NCBI GenBank assembly: GCA_965219455.1
Contig: OZ244744.1
Span: forward strand, 2,304,001-2,368,000
Direction: 5' to 3'
Length of the DNA: 64,000 nt
DNA from: Candidatus Latescibacterota bacterium
Lineage (GTDB): Bacteria > Latescibacterota > UBA2968 > GCA-2709665
The notes under the pieces were generated by a model that was not told the DNA's origin, made no database searches, and saw only the letters and a list, made by a program, of their open reading frames with translations. Both the position numbers and the translations under genes were made by a program. Shown here piece by piece: positions 1 through 9,208 of the stretch (its first letter is position 1; each line of letters starts with the position of its first letter).

Positions 1-340
1 TTTCCTCCGGGGACAGTTCCAGTTCGATGCCCTGCACCAGCGCCCTGTCCAGCAATTCCCTCACGATCTTCAACTTTTCCTCGCGTGAAATGGTTACGTC
101 CCGCTCCGCGACGTACGTGCCCATCCCCCGCTTCTTGTAGATGAAGCCCTCGCGTTCCAGTTCCAGATAGGCGCGCGCCACGGTATTCGGGTTGATCAGG
201 TACTGGCCGGCGAGTTCCCGGACCGAGGGCAACTCTTCGTGCGCCTTCAGCACCCCCCGTGCCATCTGGTACCTGATCTGCTCCATCATCTGCAGGTAGA
301 TGGGTACACCGTTGGCCGAATCAATGCGCAAGGTCAACAT
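1..340 (-). CDS. GntR family transcriptional regulator, YtrA subfamily (3' end runs off window)
   Basis: Not in ORF track; manual translation from ATG at 340 gives MLTLRIDSANGVPIYLQMMEQIRYQMARGVLKAHEELPSVRELAGQYLINPNTVARAYLELEREGFIYKKRGMGTYV, with the GntR wHTH motifs LPSVRELA, NPNTVARAY and RGxGTYV. Confidence 0.92.
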   Translation of the reverse strand, partial: MLTLRIDSANGVPIYLQMMEQIRYQMARGVLKAHEELPSVRELAGQYLINPNTVARAYLELEREGFIYKKRGMGTYVAERDVTISREEKLKIVRELLDRALVQGIELELSPEE

Positions 341-464
341 GGCAATGTTCCGATTTCACCCAATCCTGACAAAGTACACTATCAGGACCGGGTTTCGACG
401 TCCCAGACCGCCGTCCGGGCGTCATTACGTTTCAAGTGAAATGCTCGGCGAGTATTGCATGGAG

Positions 465-496
465 TATTACTGTATGAGTGAACCGATACAGTAATA
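465..496. promoter_or_regulatory. Palindromic operator upstream of YtrA-like regulator
   Basis: Perfect 11-bp inverted repeat TATTACTGTAT-N10-ATACAGTAATA; the TGTA...TACA core resembles YtrA-family operators. Confidence 0.65.
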
Positions 497-762
497 TACT
501 AATTAATCCGGCATTGAAAAGCAAGTGCTTTTTCGCAACCAAGTTAAACAAAGGGCCGGTACGTGATACCGATATGTAGATAATTTATAAAAGAATCAAT
601 ATGTTAGTGGAGGGGCTTCTTATTCTGGCGGGAACAAAGAAGCATTTTGGAGGGGCCGAACGATGTAGGGCACGAGGAAAATCTCGAAATTGTGGTCGAG
701 CACAAAGAGGCGGAAGCATTGTGCAACATTTGTATTTCAACGCCTAACGCGACCTTAAGCGT

Positions 763-1956
763 TTAGAATAAGTCTCGTTGGGTCGACATTAGTTTGTCTG
801 GGGGCTTCGATACCTCATCGACGCGAATTGCCTCAGATAGACCATCTGCTGATTCGAATATTTCCTCATCGCATCCATTGTACAATCCACAGTATTTCTC
901 CTGCGGATTCGGATCATAGATCAACTCGATTTCCCCGTTAGTGCACATTCTCATTTCCCTGACGTCATTGAACAATATTCCCACCTCCTGCTTTGTCATA
1001 ACGGGAAATCCGTAGTTTTCGTTTCTGTACTTCAACGTACGCCCTGAAGCTGTTCTTTCCCTTACGAATTCCAGGTGTCTCGCCAATCTCTCGCTAATAT
1101 ACCGATTGGATGATGCCACGATCTCGGTTGTTCTTTTCGCCAGTGCATCTACAAAGTTAGGGTCGATCTCATAGCCTACACTGTTTCTGCAAGAAGCCAT
1201 TGCAGCCGCCATGGAAGTACCGGTCCCTAAGAATGGATCCAGGACCAGATCTTCTTTCACCGAGAACATATTTAGCAGCCTATACGCAAGTTCAAAAGGA
1301 AAAGCCGCACTTCTCTTGCGTAGATTCTCGTCATCCAGGTCCTGCTTGGCTCCCTTTAGATCAAGCCAAACGTCCGAAAACCACACATTCCTTTCTTCCC
1401 AGAAAAATCCGCTTCTCCTCCTGTGGAGTCTATCGGCTTCTCGTGCGAACTCCCGTTTTCCACCCTTTCTCAAAAGAAGAATAAACTCATGCTCCAAGGT
1501 TACGTAAGCACCAGGCGGCAACATTCCGCTGCCCATGAATTTATTCGGTGCGTTGGTCTGTTTTCTCCAGAGTATCTCGGGTAATGCCTGAAAACCAGCC
1601 GTAAGGCAATTGCACATTATTCTTGAATGACTGGGGTAGAGCTTGAAATCCCCGTTTATCTTTCTTGTGGCGTCACCCACGTTTATGCAGACGATACCCC
1701 CCGGTTTTACAACTCTGTAGACTTCATTCCAGACATTGTCGAGAAGCCGATTCATCAACTCGAATGCACGATTACCATCATTGCTCCGCAATGCTTCACC
1801 AATTTCAGGATTCTGCTTGGTAAATGCGACATCCCACATTTCAATCATCGGGTAAGGTGGTGACGTAATCACCAAATCCACCGATTCATTCTTGAGTTCC
1901 TTCATGTTTTCGGAATTCTCATAAAATACTGTATGTAATGTCTTTAGGTCGCCCAT
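763..1956 (-). CDS. Type II DNA methyltransferase (beta-class N4-C/N6-A), likely CTAG m4C type
   Basis: Catalytic TSPPY precedes SAM-binding DPFLGTGT (beta order). TSPPYPMIEMWD resembles archaeal CTAG methylases. ATG at 1956 has upstream GGAGG; alternative TTG start at 2016. Confidence 0.9.
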   Translation of the reverse strand: MGDLKTLHTVFYENSENMKELKNESVDLVITSPPYPMIEMWDVAFTKQNPEIGEALRSNDGNRAFELMNRLLDNVWNEVYRVVKPGGIVCINVGDATRKINGDFKLYPSHSRIMCNCLTAGFQALPEILWRKQTNAPNKFMGSGMLPPGAYVTLEHEFILLLRKGGKREFAREADRLHRRRSGFFWEERNVWFSDVWLDLKGAKQDLDDENLRKRSAAFPFELAYRLLNMFSVKEDLVLDPFLGTGTSMAAAMASCRNSVGYEIDPNFVDALAKRTTEIVASSNRYISERLARHLEFVRERTASGRTLKYRNENYGFPVMTKQEVGILFNDVREMRMCTNGEIELIYDPNPQEKYCGLYNGCDEEIFESADGLSEAIRVDEVSKPPDKLMSTQRDLF

Positions 1957-2043
1957 CTTGCTCCATCGTCCTCCTGAATTGTCTGCACGAAGAAGTGCCT
2001 TATCCAGTTTTTCCAAGGAATCGGGGCAATAATTACTTTCCGA

Positions 2044-2643
2044 TCAAAATAGCATCGGCGGTTCTTCATCTGGAATCTCTATCGTAATACCGTCTTTCTT
2101 CTTATCGTAATAGACAATCGTTACCTGAATTGAATCGGCCAGGCTTGGCTTTGATTTAAAACTGATTGGTTTAATTGAAAACGGCTGGTCGCCAACAAAT
2201 CCATCGATTCCTTGTGCCTCTTCATACGGATGTGCCAAGCGGTAATCACAACCCTTCAATTCCGCGAGTCTTTTCAAAATTGCTTCTTGAAACCGGAGGC
2301 CAGCAAAAGTCTTCACAAGCACCAAATCCTCGACCCATCTCATCACAAGCTCCCGGCCAATGGCCGGAAATGTTGCTTGGATATTTTCCAGCATAGACGT
2401 AATTCGATCAGTCGCCACATCAATCGCGTCGGGGTATCTCTCGAGATACCACTGGACCCACTCTTGATATGTTTTGCCTGGAAACTCCTGAATCAGATCG
2501 CTCATCTGTCCGACCACCTTCGGCCTGGTTCCCTGCGCGTTTTGATTCGCAAGATTAATTATCTGAGTGGAGTACTTTGGAAAATCCGAAACAGGGGCGT
2601 CCAAGTACTCCTGAATCTCTTCGTTTTTGAGCTTAAATCTCAC
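2044..2643 (-). CDS. MjaI family restriction endonuclease
   Basis: PKYSTQIINLANQNAQGTRPKVVGQMSDLIQEF...EWVQWY and GIDGFVG...SIKP (PD-(D/E)XK-like) match recalled MjaI-family signatures; adjacent to the MTase. Confidence 0.85.
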   Translation of the reverse strand: MRFKLKNEEIQEYLDAPVSDFPKYSTQIINLANQNAQGTRPKVVGQMSDLIQEFPGKTYQEWVQWYLERYPDAIDVATDRITSMLENIQATFPAIGRELVMRWVEDLVLVKTFAGLRFQEAILKRLAELKGCDYRLAHPYEEAQGIDGFVGDQPFSIKPISFKSKPSLADSIQVTIVYYDKKKDGITIEIPDEEPPMLF

Positions 2644-2842
2644 GTATAACCTCGGATAATCAAGTCCTTAGTTGTCTGGCTTGCCCTACAACTACGAAAT
2701 TCCATTCGATGGTGGCCAATGCCTATCTCTAATTGACAATCGTCCGGACCCATGTTGAGAATCCCCAACAGGCTTTTACTTTCACCAATTTCCGAAATAT
2801 CCGTGCGATATCCCCTTGAAAATTAAACAGTTATGGATTCTC

Positions 2843-3481
2843 TCATCTAGTCTTCCATCTGCCAGGACAATATAGTTCGAAGCCATCCTTTGTAGTTATT
2901 TTTTCCGGTAACATACTGATTTTAAGGTTCTTTCTCCCGATCACGAATGTACCGGTGGCCACTCCGTTCAATGCTCCTGACCACCTGTGGGGGGGAAAGG
3001 CGACTACGACACGCTTTTGATACAATTCAACCACCTTCTCTACCGGGGGCACAAGGTCGCTATCGCCAGATATCAAAATTGCTGTGTCCAATTTATCTTG
3101 TTGGGAATCGACCAACATTTCGACAGCAATCGCGACATCAGTCCTCTTTTCTTCCGGGTTATCCCAATTGAACTTACAGGAAGGACAATACATCTCCTTC
3201 TGAACATAGTGTCCCCAATAGAATTCGATACCGCCTTTCGCTCGCAATGCTTCAAGATAAGTGTTTTGTCTCTTCCACTTGCCGCGGTCTCTATTGTTCT
3301 GAGACACACGGGACGTGAAATATTTCACCTCTATCAAAGTCTGCCGTCCGAGAAGCAGATTATAAGACAAAAGCCTCAAATCCAGCCAAAGAAAACGATT
3401 CTTCCATTTTGACTTTAGACCATAGTAGAGATTGAACCCATCTATATATACAATTACACGATCTTTGCAAGCTTGTTTCAT
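2843..3481 (-). CDS. NYN domain (PIN-fold, LabA/DUF88-like) ribonuclease
   Basis: VYIDGFNLYYG, EEKRTDV and ISGDSDLVP acidic catalytic motifs; CPSC insert. Confidence 0.88.
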   Translation of the reverse strand: MKQACKDRVIVYIDGFNLYYGLKSKWKNRFLWLDLRLLSYNLLLGRQTLIEVKYFTSRVSQNNRDRGKWKRQNTYLEALRAKGGIEFYWGHYVQKEMYCPSCKFNWDNPEEKRTDVAIAVEMLVDSQQDKLDTAILISGDSDLVPPVEKVVELYQKRVVVAFPPHRWSGALNGVATGTFVIGRKNLKISMLPEKITTKDGFELYCPGRWKTR

Positions 3482-3494
3482 GGGGAGTTTTCGC

Positions 3495-3523
3495 TTGACA
3501 GACTCTCGTCAGGATGTTAAATT
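3495..3523 (+). promoter_or_regulatory. sigma70 promoter of putative antisense sRNA
   Basis: TTGACA(3495-3500)-17 bp-TAAATT(3518-3523) with extended -10 TG. Confidence 0.7.
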
Positions 3524-3529
3524 GTCTTT

Positions 3530-3605
3530 GTGCTTAGCATATTGCCCCCCGGAGGATAGCATTCTCCGGCCGACGCTCCTGTCTCGCGGCAGGGGCGTTT
3601 CTTTT
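3530..3605 (+). ncRNA. Putative ~75-nt small RNA antisense to NYN leader
   Basis: Lies between a consensus promoter and an intrinsic terminator (GACGCTCCTGTC-TCGC-GGCAGGGGCGTT-TCTTTT); internal hairpin CCGGAGGAT-AGC-ATTCTCCGG; no credible ORF. Confidence 0.55.
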
Positions 3606-3618
3606 GTTGCCAACATCA

Positions 3619-3647
3619 AGCATAACATATAGTTATTTACCAGTCAA
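3619..3647 (-). promoter_or_regulatory. sigma70 promoter of NYN gene
   Basis: Minus strand TTGACT-17 bp-TATGCT with extended -10 TG; predicted TSS about 3612. Confidence 0.65.
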
Positions 3648-3806
3648 GGGATTTATCTCGGCACAGTAGGTGGGCGCCGGCTGGTGGCCTGACCGATGGA
3701 TCGCTGCATTTGGGTCCGTTTTCGGCTGTACCTGTTTCGGCATGCGCGCCCGTCACTTCCTAATGACGATGAAATCGACCGATTCCCGCAGGGGAGTCGG
3801 CTTCCA

Positions 3807-4499
3807 ATGGAGTTGGATGTCTTGTTGACTTCCGAAGAGTGGATGGTTCTGGCCCTCTCGCTGCGCGTGGGGCTGGTCTGCGTGTTATTGAGCCTGCCTC
3901 CGGCGGTGGTTTTGGGATGGGTGCTTGCCCGGTGTGAATTCAAGGCCAAGATGCTGCTGGACGGCTTGTGCCACCTGCCCCTGGTGCTGCCGCCCGTGGT
4001 GACCGGCTACGTGCTCCTCTTGCTCTTCAGCCGCAGGGGCATTCTGGGCGGTTTTCTGGAGGAGGCGCTGGGAATCCAGGTCGCCTTTACGTGGAAAGGG
4101 GCGGCGCTGGCATCGGCTGTTGTGGGGTTTCCCCTGGCGTTGCGCGCCATCCGGCTGGCCATTGAGCATGTGGACCCCCGGCTGGAACAGGCAGCCCGTA
4201 CATTGGGCGCTGGCCCACTCAGGGTTTTTGTGACGGTAACAATGCGGCTGGCCGCACCCGGGCTGCTGGTTGGCGCGATGCTGGCATTCGCGAGAAGCCT
4301 GGGAGAGTTCGGCGCCACGATCACCTTCGTGTCGAATATCGCCGGGGAAACCCGAACCCTGCCCCTGGCGATCTTCACGTTTCTAAACAGGCCCGGCGGC
4401 GACGCGGCCGTAGCCCGGCTGGCGATCCTGTCCGTGATCCTGTCATTTGCGGCGCTGGTGGCCAGCGAGGCGGTGGCCCGGCGAATGAGGAGAAACTGA
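3807..4499 (+). CDS. modB: Molybdate ABC transporter permease
   Basis: LPLVLPPVVTGY, LEQAARTLGA and FARSLGEFGAT motifs; ATG 3807 with GGGGAG RBS. Confidence 0.93.
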   Translation: MELDVLLTSEEWMVLALSLRVGLVCVLLSLPPAVVLGWVLARCEFKAKMLLDGLCHLPLVLPPVVTGYVLLLLFSRRGILGGFLEEALGIQVAFTWKGAALASAVVGFPLALRAIRLAIEHVDPRLEQAARTLGAGPLRVFVTVTMRLAAPGLLVGAMLAFARSLGEFGATITFVSNIAGETRTLPLAIFTFLNRPGGDAAVARLAILSVILSFAALVASEAVARRMRRN

Positions 4500-4500
4500 A

Positions 4501-5580
4501 GTGCTATCCATCCGCGTGAGGCGGGCGCTGCCGGGATTTACCCTTGACGTGGCGGTGGAATGTCCCTATCCGGCGACGGCGATTTTCGGTCCTTCCGGCG
4601 CGGGAAAAACCACGCTGTTGAACCTGGTGGCAGGCCTGCTGCTGCCGGACGCCGGGGAAATCCGACTTGGCGATCGCGTACTGTTTTCGTCCGAAGCGGG
4701 CGTCAATCTGCCGCCTGAACAGCGCCGCGTGGGTTACGTCTTCCAGGAAGATCTGTTGTTCCCGCATCTGACGGTGATGGAGAATCTGCGATACGGGTAC
4801 GATCTTCTGTCTCCGGATTCTCGCAGATTCGAGGTGGAACCGGTTGCGGGCCTTCTGGAATTGACGGGGTTGCTGGACAGGCGTCCGACGCGGCTGTCGG
4901 GCGGCGAGCGGCAGCGGGTGGCGCTGGGGCGGGCGATTCTGGCCTCGCCGGAATTGCTCCTGATGGATGAGCCCCTGGCTTCGCTGGATCAGGAATTGAA
5001 AGATCGCATCATCCCGTACCTGCGACACATCAGGTCGGACCTGGGCATTCCGATTCTCTACGTGAGCCACTCGGTCGCGGAGATCCTGGAATTGACGGGT
5101 CAGGTGATTGTCCTGAAAGCCGGACGCGTGCTTGCGCACGGAGATTTTTTTCACGTCGCCCATCACCCCGAGGTGCTGCCGCTGGCTGAGGCGCACGGGT
5201 TCGAAAACGTGTTACCGGTGGAGGTGGTGGCGCAGGACGGGGTTCGAAAGGGCTGCCGTGTGCGTTTTGGAGATCAGGATCTTCGGGTGCCTCCCTGCAA
5301 CAGACCGGTGGGAAGCCGGATTTTCATCGGTATTCGGGCAAACGACATCATCCTGAGCAGGAAACGGCCCGAAGGGTTGAGCATTCGCAACGCGATACGG
5401 GGCCGGATCCTCGACGTGACGGACGTGGATGGAAAGCAACTGGTCTACGTGGACGTGGGAAAGCGCCTCGCCGTGGAGGTCACCCTGGAGGCTGTGGAAG
5501 AGTTGGACCTTAAGGTTGGCGACCCGGTGATGTGCCTGGTGAAGGCCCACTCGATCCGGATCGGCCCGAACGTGGATTGA
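4501..5580 (+). CDS. modC: Molybdate ABC transporter ATP-binding protein with TOBE domain
   Basis: GPSGAGKT, LSGGERQRV, LLMDEP; C-terminal GLSIRN/TOBE region. Confidence 0.93.
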   Translation: MLSIRVRRALPGFTLDVAVECPYPATAIFGPSGAGKTTLLNLVAGLLLPDAGEIRLGDRVLFSSEAGVNLPPEQRRVGYVFQEDLLFPHLTVMENLRYGYDLLSPDSRRFEVEPVAGLLELTGLLDRRPTRLSGGERQRVALGRAILASPELLLMDEPLASLDQELKDRIIPYLRHIRSDLGIPILYVSHSVAEILELTGQVIVLKAGRVLAHGDFFHVAHHPEVLPLAEAHGFENVLPVEVVAQDGVRKGCRVRFGDQDLRVPPCNRPVGSRIFIGIRANDIILSRKRPEGLSIRNAIRGRILDVTDVDGKQLVYVDVGKRLAVEVTLEAVEELDLKVGDPVMCLVKAHSIRIGPNVD

Positions 5581-5621
5581 CGGTCGGCAGGATTTGGGAA
5601 ATTCATCTCCAGATCGGAAAT

Positions 5622-6578
5622 CTAGCGTTCACTGGCTTCCTTGCCTTCGTACAGTAACCTTAGAAGGGCAAGGAAGAGCCGGTCCCGCCGGTTTCGTTCC
5701 TGATCGATGGATTCCGCCGTGTACTCGTGGAAACCGCGGCCGGTCTTCACTCCGAAGTGCCCCGCGTCAACCAGCTTCCGGACGTTTCCGGGGAGTTCGG
5801 TGTCGGATCGGATTTCGGGAACGAGGATTTCGTAAACGAGAGCCGAAACGTCCAGACCCGCAAAGTCACGAACCGACAGGGGACCGGTTGCGGCCAGGCG
5901 AAAGCCGACGCTGGCTCGAACCGCGCGGTCGATGTCCTCCGGCTCGGCGACGCCACGGTCCAGGAGGTCCCAAATTTCGCGGGACATGGCCACCTGGATG
6001 CGGTTGACCAGAAAACCCGGAATCTCCTGCTTGAGGCGCACCGGCAATTTACCGATCCGCTTCAGAAGATCGACGGCGTTCTTCACGGTTCGCTCGGTCG
6101 TGCGTTCTCCAGGCACGACCTCCACGAGTGGTACTATATGCGGGGGATTGAACCAGTGGGTAACCACGGCTCGACCGGGATTTCGAAGGTCCCGGGCGAT
6201 GTCAGTCATGGGAAAAGAAGACGTGTTGCTGGCCAGAATGGTTGCCCGCGAGACGATGGTCTCGACTCTGGCGAAGAGTTCCCGCTTGACGTCGAGGTCC
6301 TCCCCGACGGCTTCCGTAACGAAGCCGGCGGTTTCAACCGCCTCTCTCTCGCTGTCTAACACGGCAATGCGTCCCAGCGTTTCCCGGGCCGAGTCGGGCG
6401 TATCCATCCCCGCCTGAATACGTTGCCGCAGGTTGGTTTCTATCCGGCGAAACAGGGATTCGCGGGCCGCAGGGGATTCGTCGTAGCAGCGGGTTGGGTG
6501 CCCTGCCGCGGCGAATGCCTGCGAGATGCCATGGCCCATGGTGCCCAGACCGATGACCGCAACTGTCCGGAGTGCCAT
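5622..6578 (-). CDS. 3-hydroxyacyl-CoA dehydrogenase family protein
   Basis: GLGTMGHG Rossmann motif, ASNTSS, HWFNPP, GFLVNR. Confidence 0.9.
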   Translation of the reverse strand: MALRTVAVIGLGTMGHGISQAFAAAGHPTRCYDESPAARESLFRRIETNLRQRIQAGMDTPDSARETLGRIAVLDSEREAVETAGFVTEAVGEDLDVKRELFARVETIVSRATILASNTSSFPMTDIARDLRNPGRAVVTHWFNPPHIVPLVEVVPGERTTERTVKNAVDLLKRIGKLPVRLKQEIPGFLVNRIQVAMSREIWDLLDRGVAEPEDIDRAVRASVGFRLAATGPLSVRDFAGLDVSALVYEILVPEIRSDTELPGNVRKLVDAGHFGVKTGRGFHEYTAESIDQERNRRDRLFLALLRLLYEGKEASER

Positions 6579-6665
6579 TTCAGTCTACCATAGTGGTCGG
6601 GTCAAATTGTGCGAGCCTTGAAGTGCCCATACACAGGGATTCTGAGGTTTCGGTTTGATGTATGT

Positions 6666-6687
6666 GAGCAGACAGGAATGTCTGCTC
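6666..6687. repeat. REP-like hairpin
   Basis: GAGCAGACA-GGAA-TGTCTGCTC perfect stem in an intergenic gap. Confidence 0.5.
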
Positions 6688-6814
6688 CACCTTTTCAAGC
6701 TTTGGTTCGAGGTATCGCTTGAGCGCGTCAACCATCCGAGACAAAACGCCTGTACTTGCTTCCACTTCCCGATGCAGCACGGTGCCGCTGTCACCTGTGT
6801 GCGCGCAGTATCGG

Positions 6815-7555
6815 TTATATTGTCTTACCGCCGTCCACAACCATCACCTGTCCGGTGACGTATTCGTTTATGATCAGACTCAGAATCGCATTGGCGATAT
6901 CGTGAGGTTCCGCGACACGTTTGAGGGGCGTGGCTTCACGATTTGCACGGACGAATTCGTCCCAGCCTTTCACCCAGCGGGTGTTCACCACGCCCGGGGC
7001 CACGGCGTTCGTCCGAATACGGGGCGCCTGGCTGATGGCCAGGGATTTGGTGAGAGAAATCAGCGCCGCCTTGGACGCGCAATATGCAATGGAACTGCCC
7101 TGCCCGCTGGTGCCCGCGATGGATGCCACGTTGACGATCTGTCCTCCCGTTTCGGGCATTTTGGATATGGCTGCCCTGGCGCAGTAGAACGCGCCCTTGA
7201 CGTTGACGTCGAAGACCGGATCCCACGCTTCATCGGTAAGGGCCTCAAGATCGGCCAGCGGCACGAAGACGGTGGTACCCGCGTTGTTGACGAGGATGTC
7301 CAATCGACCCAGTTCCTCGGCCACGCGGTCCACCATTTCAAGAACGGCACTTTCCACCGCGACGTCTGCGCAGACGGCGATCGAATTTCGACCCAGGTCG
7401 CGAACATCGGCAACCGTGGCCTCCGCTTCGAGTCTGGACCGCGAGTAATTGACCGCCACGTCGGCCCCTTCCGAGGCGAGGAGCAGGGAGGTCGCCCTGC
7501 CAATTCCCGTGCCGCCGCCGGTCACAAGCGCGACCTTTCCGTCTAAACGGCCCAT
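6815..7555 (-). CDS. SDR family oxidoreductase (FabG-like)
   Basis: TGGGTGIG, NNAG, YCASK. Confidence 0.92.
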   Translation of the reverse strand: MGRLDGKVALVTGGGTGIGRATSLLLASEGADVAVNYSRSRLEAEATVADVRDLGRNSIAVCADVAVESAVLEMVDRVAEELGRLDILVNNAGTTVFVPLADLEALTDEAWDPVFDVNVKGAFYCARAAISKMPETGGQIVNVASIAGTSGQGSSIAYCASKAALISLTKSLAISQAPRIRTNAVAPGVVNTRWVKGWDEFVRANREATPLKRVAEPHDIANAILSLIINEYVTGQVMVVDGGKTI

Positions 7556-7597
7556 AAAGAATCCTTTCGATCAGGTTTATAAGGGTTGTGCTCAGGA

Positions 7598-8878
7598 CTA
7601 CGAGCAGGAAAACGGAATGGCGACGACGTCGCGGATGTGTGTTGCATCGGTAAGCACCATCAGCAGCCTGTCAACGCCCATGGCAATGCCGCCGGCTGGC
7701 GGCATACCGGCTTCGAGGGCCCCCAGAAACCGTTCGTCTATCGGGTAGGCCGGACGACCGCTTTGTTTTCGCTGCGCGGCTTCGTTTTCCAATCGGTCTC
7801 TCTGTTCGGCGGGATTGTTCAGCTCCGTAAACGCGTTGGCGAGTTCCACGCCCGAAACATAGAGTTCGAACCGTTCCGCGATGCCGGGGGAGTCCTGTTT
7901 CAACCTGGCAAGAGCCGCCATTTCCGCGGGATAATCCAGGAGAAAGGTGGGACGCCCCACGCCGAGGTGTTTTTCCACGCCGTCCAGAAACACTTTGAAG
8001 TACGCGATCTCAAAGGGATCGCCGGGACGGACCGACCGGTGTCCCTGTTGGCGGGCTTCGCGAATGAACTCTTCAAGATTCTCTGCAGGATCGGCGTGCA
8101 CGCCGGCGTACCTGGCAAATGCCTCCTGTACGGTCAGGCGTTGCCACGGCGGGGTAAAATCGACGGATCGACCCCGGTACATGACCGTAGGCTTTCCCGT
8201 GATTTCGCACACCAGGGCGTAAATCAGGGTTTCGGCGTCGGCCATGATGGAGGTGTAGTCGGCATACGCCCTGTACCATTCAAGGAGTGTGAATTCGGGG
8301 CTGTGCATCGGGCCGGGCGTTTCCTGGCGGAAGGATTTACAGATCTGGAAGATGCGTTCGTACCCGGCGGACAGGAGGCGTTTCATCGCGTATTCAGGGG
8401 AAGTTGGCAGGTAGAGACGCTTAACGCGGCCATTGTCGCTGTACAGGGTTTCGAAGGCATCCAGATGAGGTTCCATGCCTGGGCTGTGGACGAGCAACGG
8501 CGTTTCCACTTCCAGGAAACCGGCGGTCTCGAAAAAACGTCGGACAAACGAAAGAACCCGTGCGCGCGTACGCAGGTTTCGGGGTGAGGGCCCGGATTCC
8601 GGCGGACGAAGGGCCGGCGCCAGAACGCGGTGACTTCGGACCTGAAATGTCGGAGGCCGCCAGATCCCCCGCACCTCCACGACGTCTCCCGGGCGGAGAT
8701 TGTCCGATGTCTGGCCAGATGCAAGGGTCACTTCGCCGGATTCGTCAACCAGTCGCGGCCGGTCCGTTGCCTCGCCGGCTGCAATCCGGCCGGCCAATAC
8801 TGCATCGCCCCCGGGCAGAAGGTCTTCGATGCGGTGGGTGCGGGCGCACCGGGCGGGATAAGCGGCGGAATCAGGCAT
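7598..8878 (-). CDS. epmA: EF-P lysine 34--(R)-beta-lysine ligase (GenX/PoxA) with N-terminal extension
   Basis: EVETP, YLPTSPEYAMKRLL, HSPEFTLLEWYR, ELANAFTEL and GIAMGVDRL are EpmA-type class II aaRS motifs. Confidence 0.85.
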   Translation of the reverse strand: MPDSAAYPARCARTHRIEDLLPGGDAVLAGRIAAGEATDRPRLVDESGEVTLASGQTSDNLRPGDVVEVRGIWRPPTFQVRSHRVLAPALRPPESGPSPRNLRTRARVLSFVRRFFETAGFLEVETPLLVHSPGMEPHLDAFETLYSDNGRVKRLYLPTSPEYAMKRLLSAGYERIFQICKSFRQETPGPMHSPEFTLLEWYRAYADYTSIMADAETLIYALVCEITGKPTVMYRGRSVDFTPPWQRLTVQEAFARYAGVHADPAENLEEFIREARQQGHRSVRPGDPFEIAYFKVFLDGVEKHLGVGRPTFLLDYPAEMAALARLKQDSPGIAERFELYVSGVELANAFTELNNPAEQRDRLENEAAQRKQSGRPAYPIDERFLGALEAGMPPAGGIAMGVDRLLMVLTDATHIRDVVAIPFSCS

Positions 8879-9208
8879 TGGCGGATGGGGACATTCCGGA
8901 CATACCCTGTATCATGTTGAGAGACATTGGCTCCAACGCAAACGATTGCGCGTAAAGCGCGCTCGACCGAACTTGTGGAGGCGGCCCGGCCGCATCGGCG
9001 ATCGTACGCGCGTTATGATCGACGCACCTCTGCTACGCCCTAGCCAATTGGCGGGCGCTGAGGAATATAGGACAACCGCTTCCGGGGAGCAATAGCCATC
9101 CTGCCGGGGCCGAGGCCCCGGCGGAAAAATCCCTTGCCGCTGGTTCTTTTCCGGTCATATATTTCCTCGACAAAACACTTGCCACTTGTTCCGGAGGACC
9201 TCGCTGAC

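Noticed and set aside
6580-6840. Small ORFs between the dehydrogenase and the SDR
   Set aside because: No RBS or motif support; the region contains a REP-like hairpin and looks non-coding.
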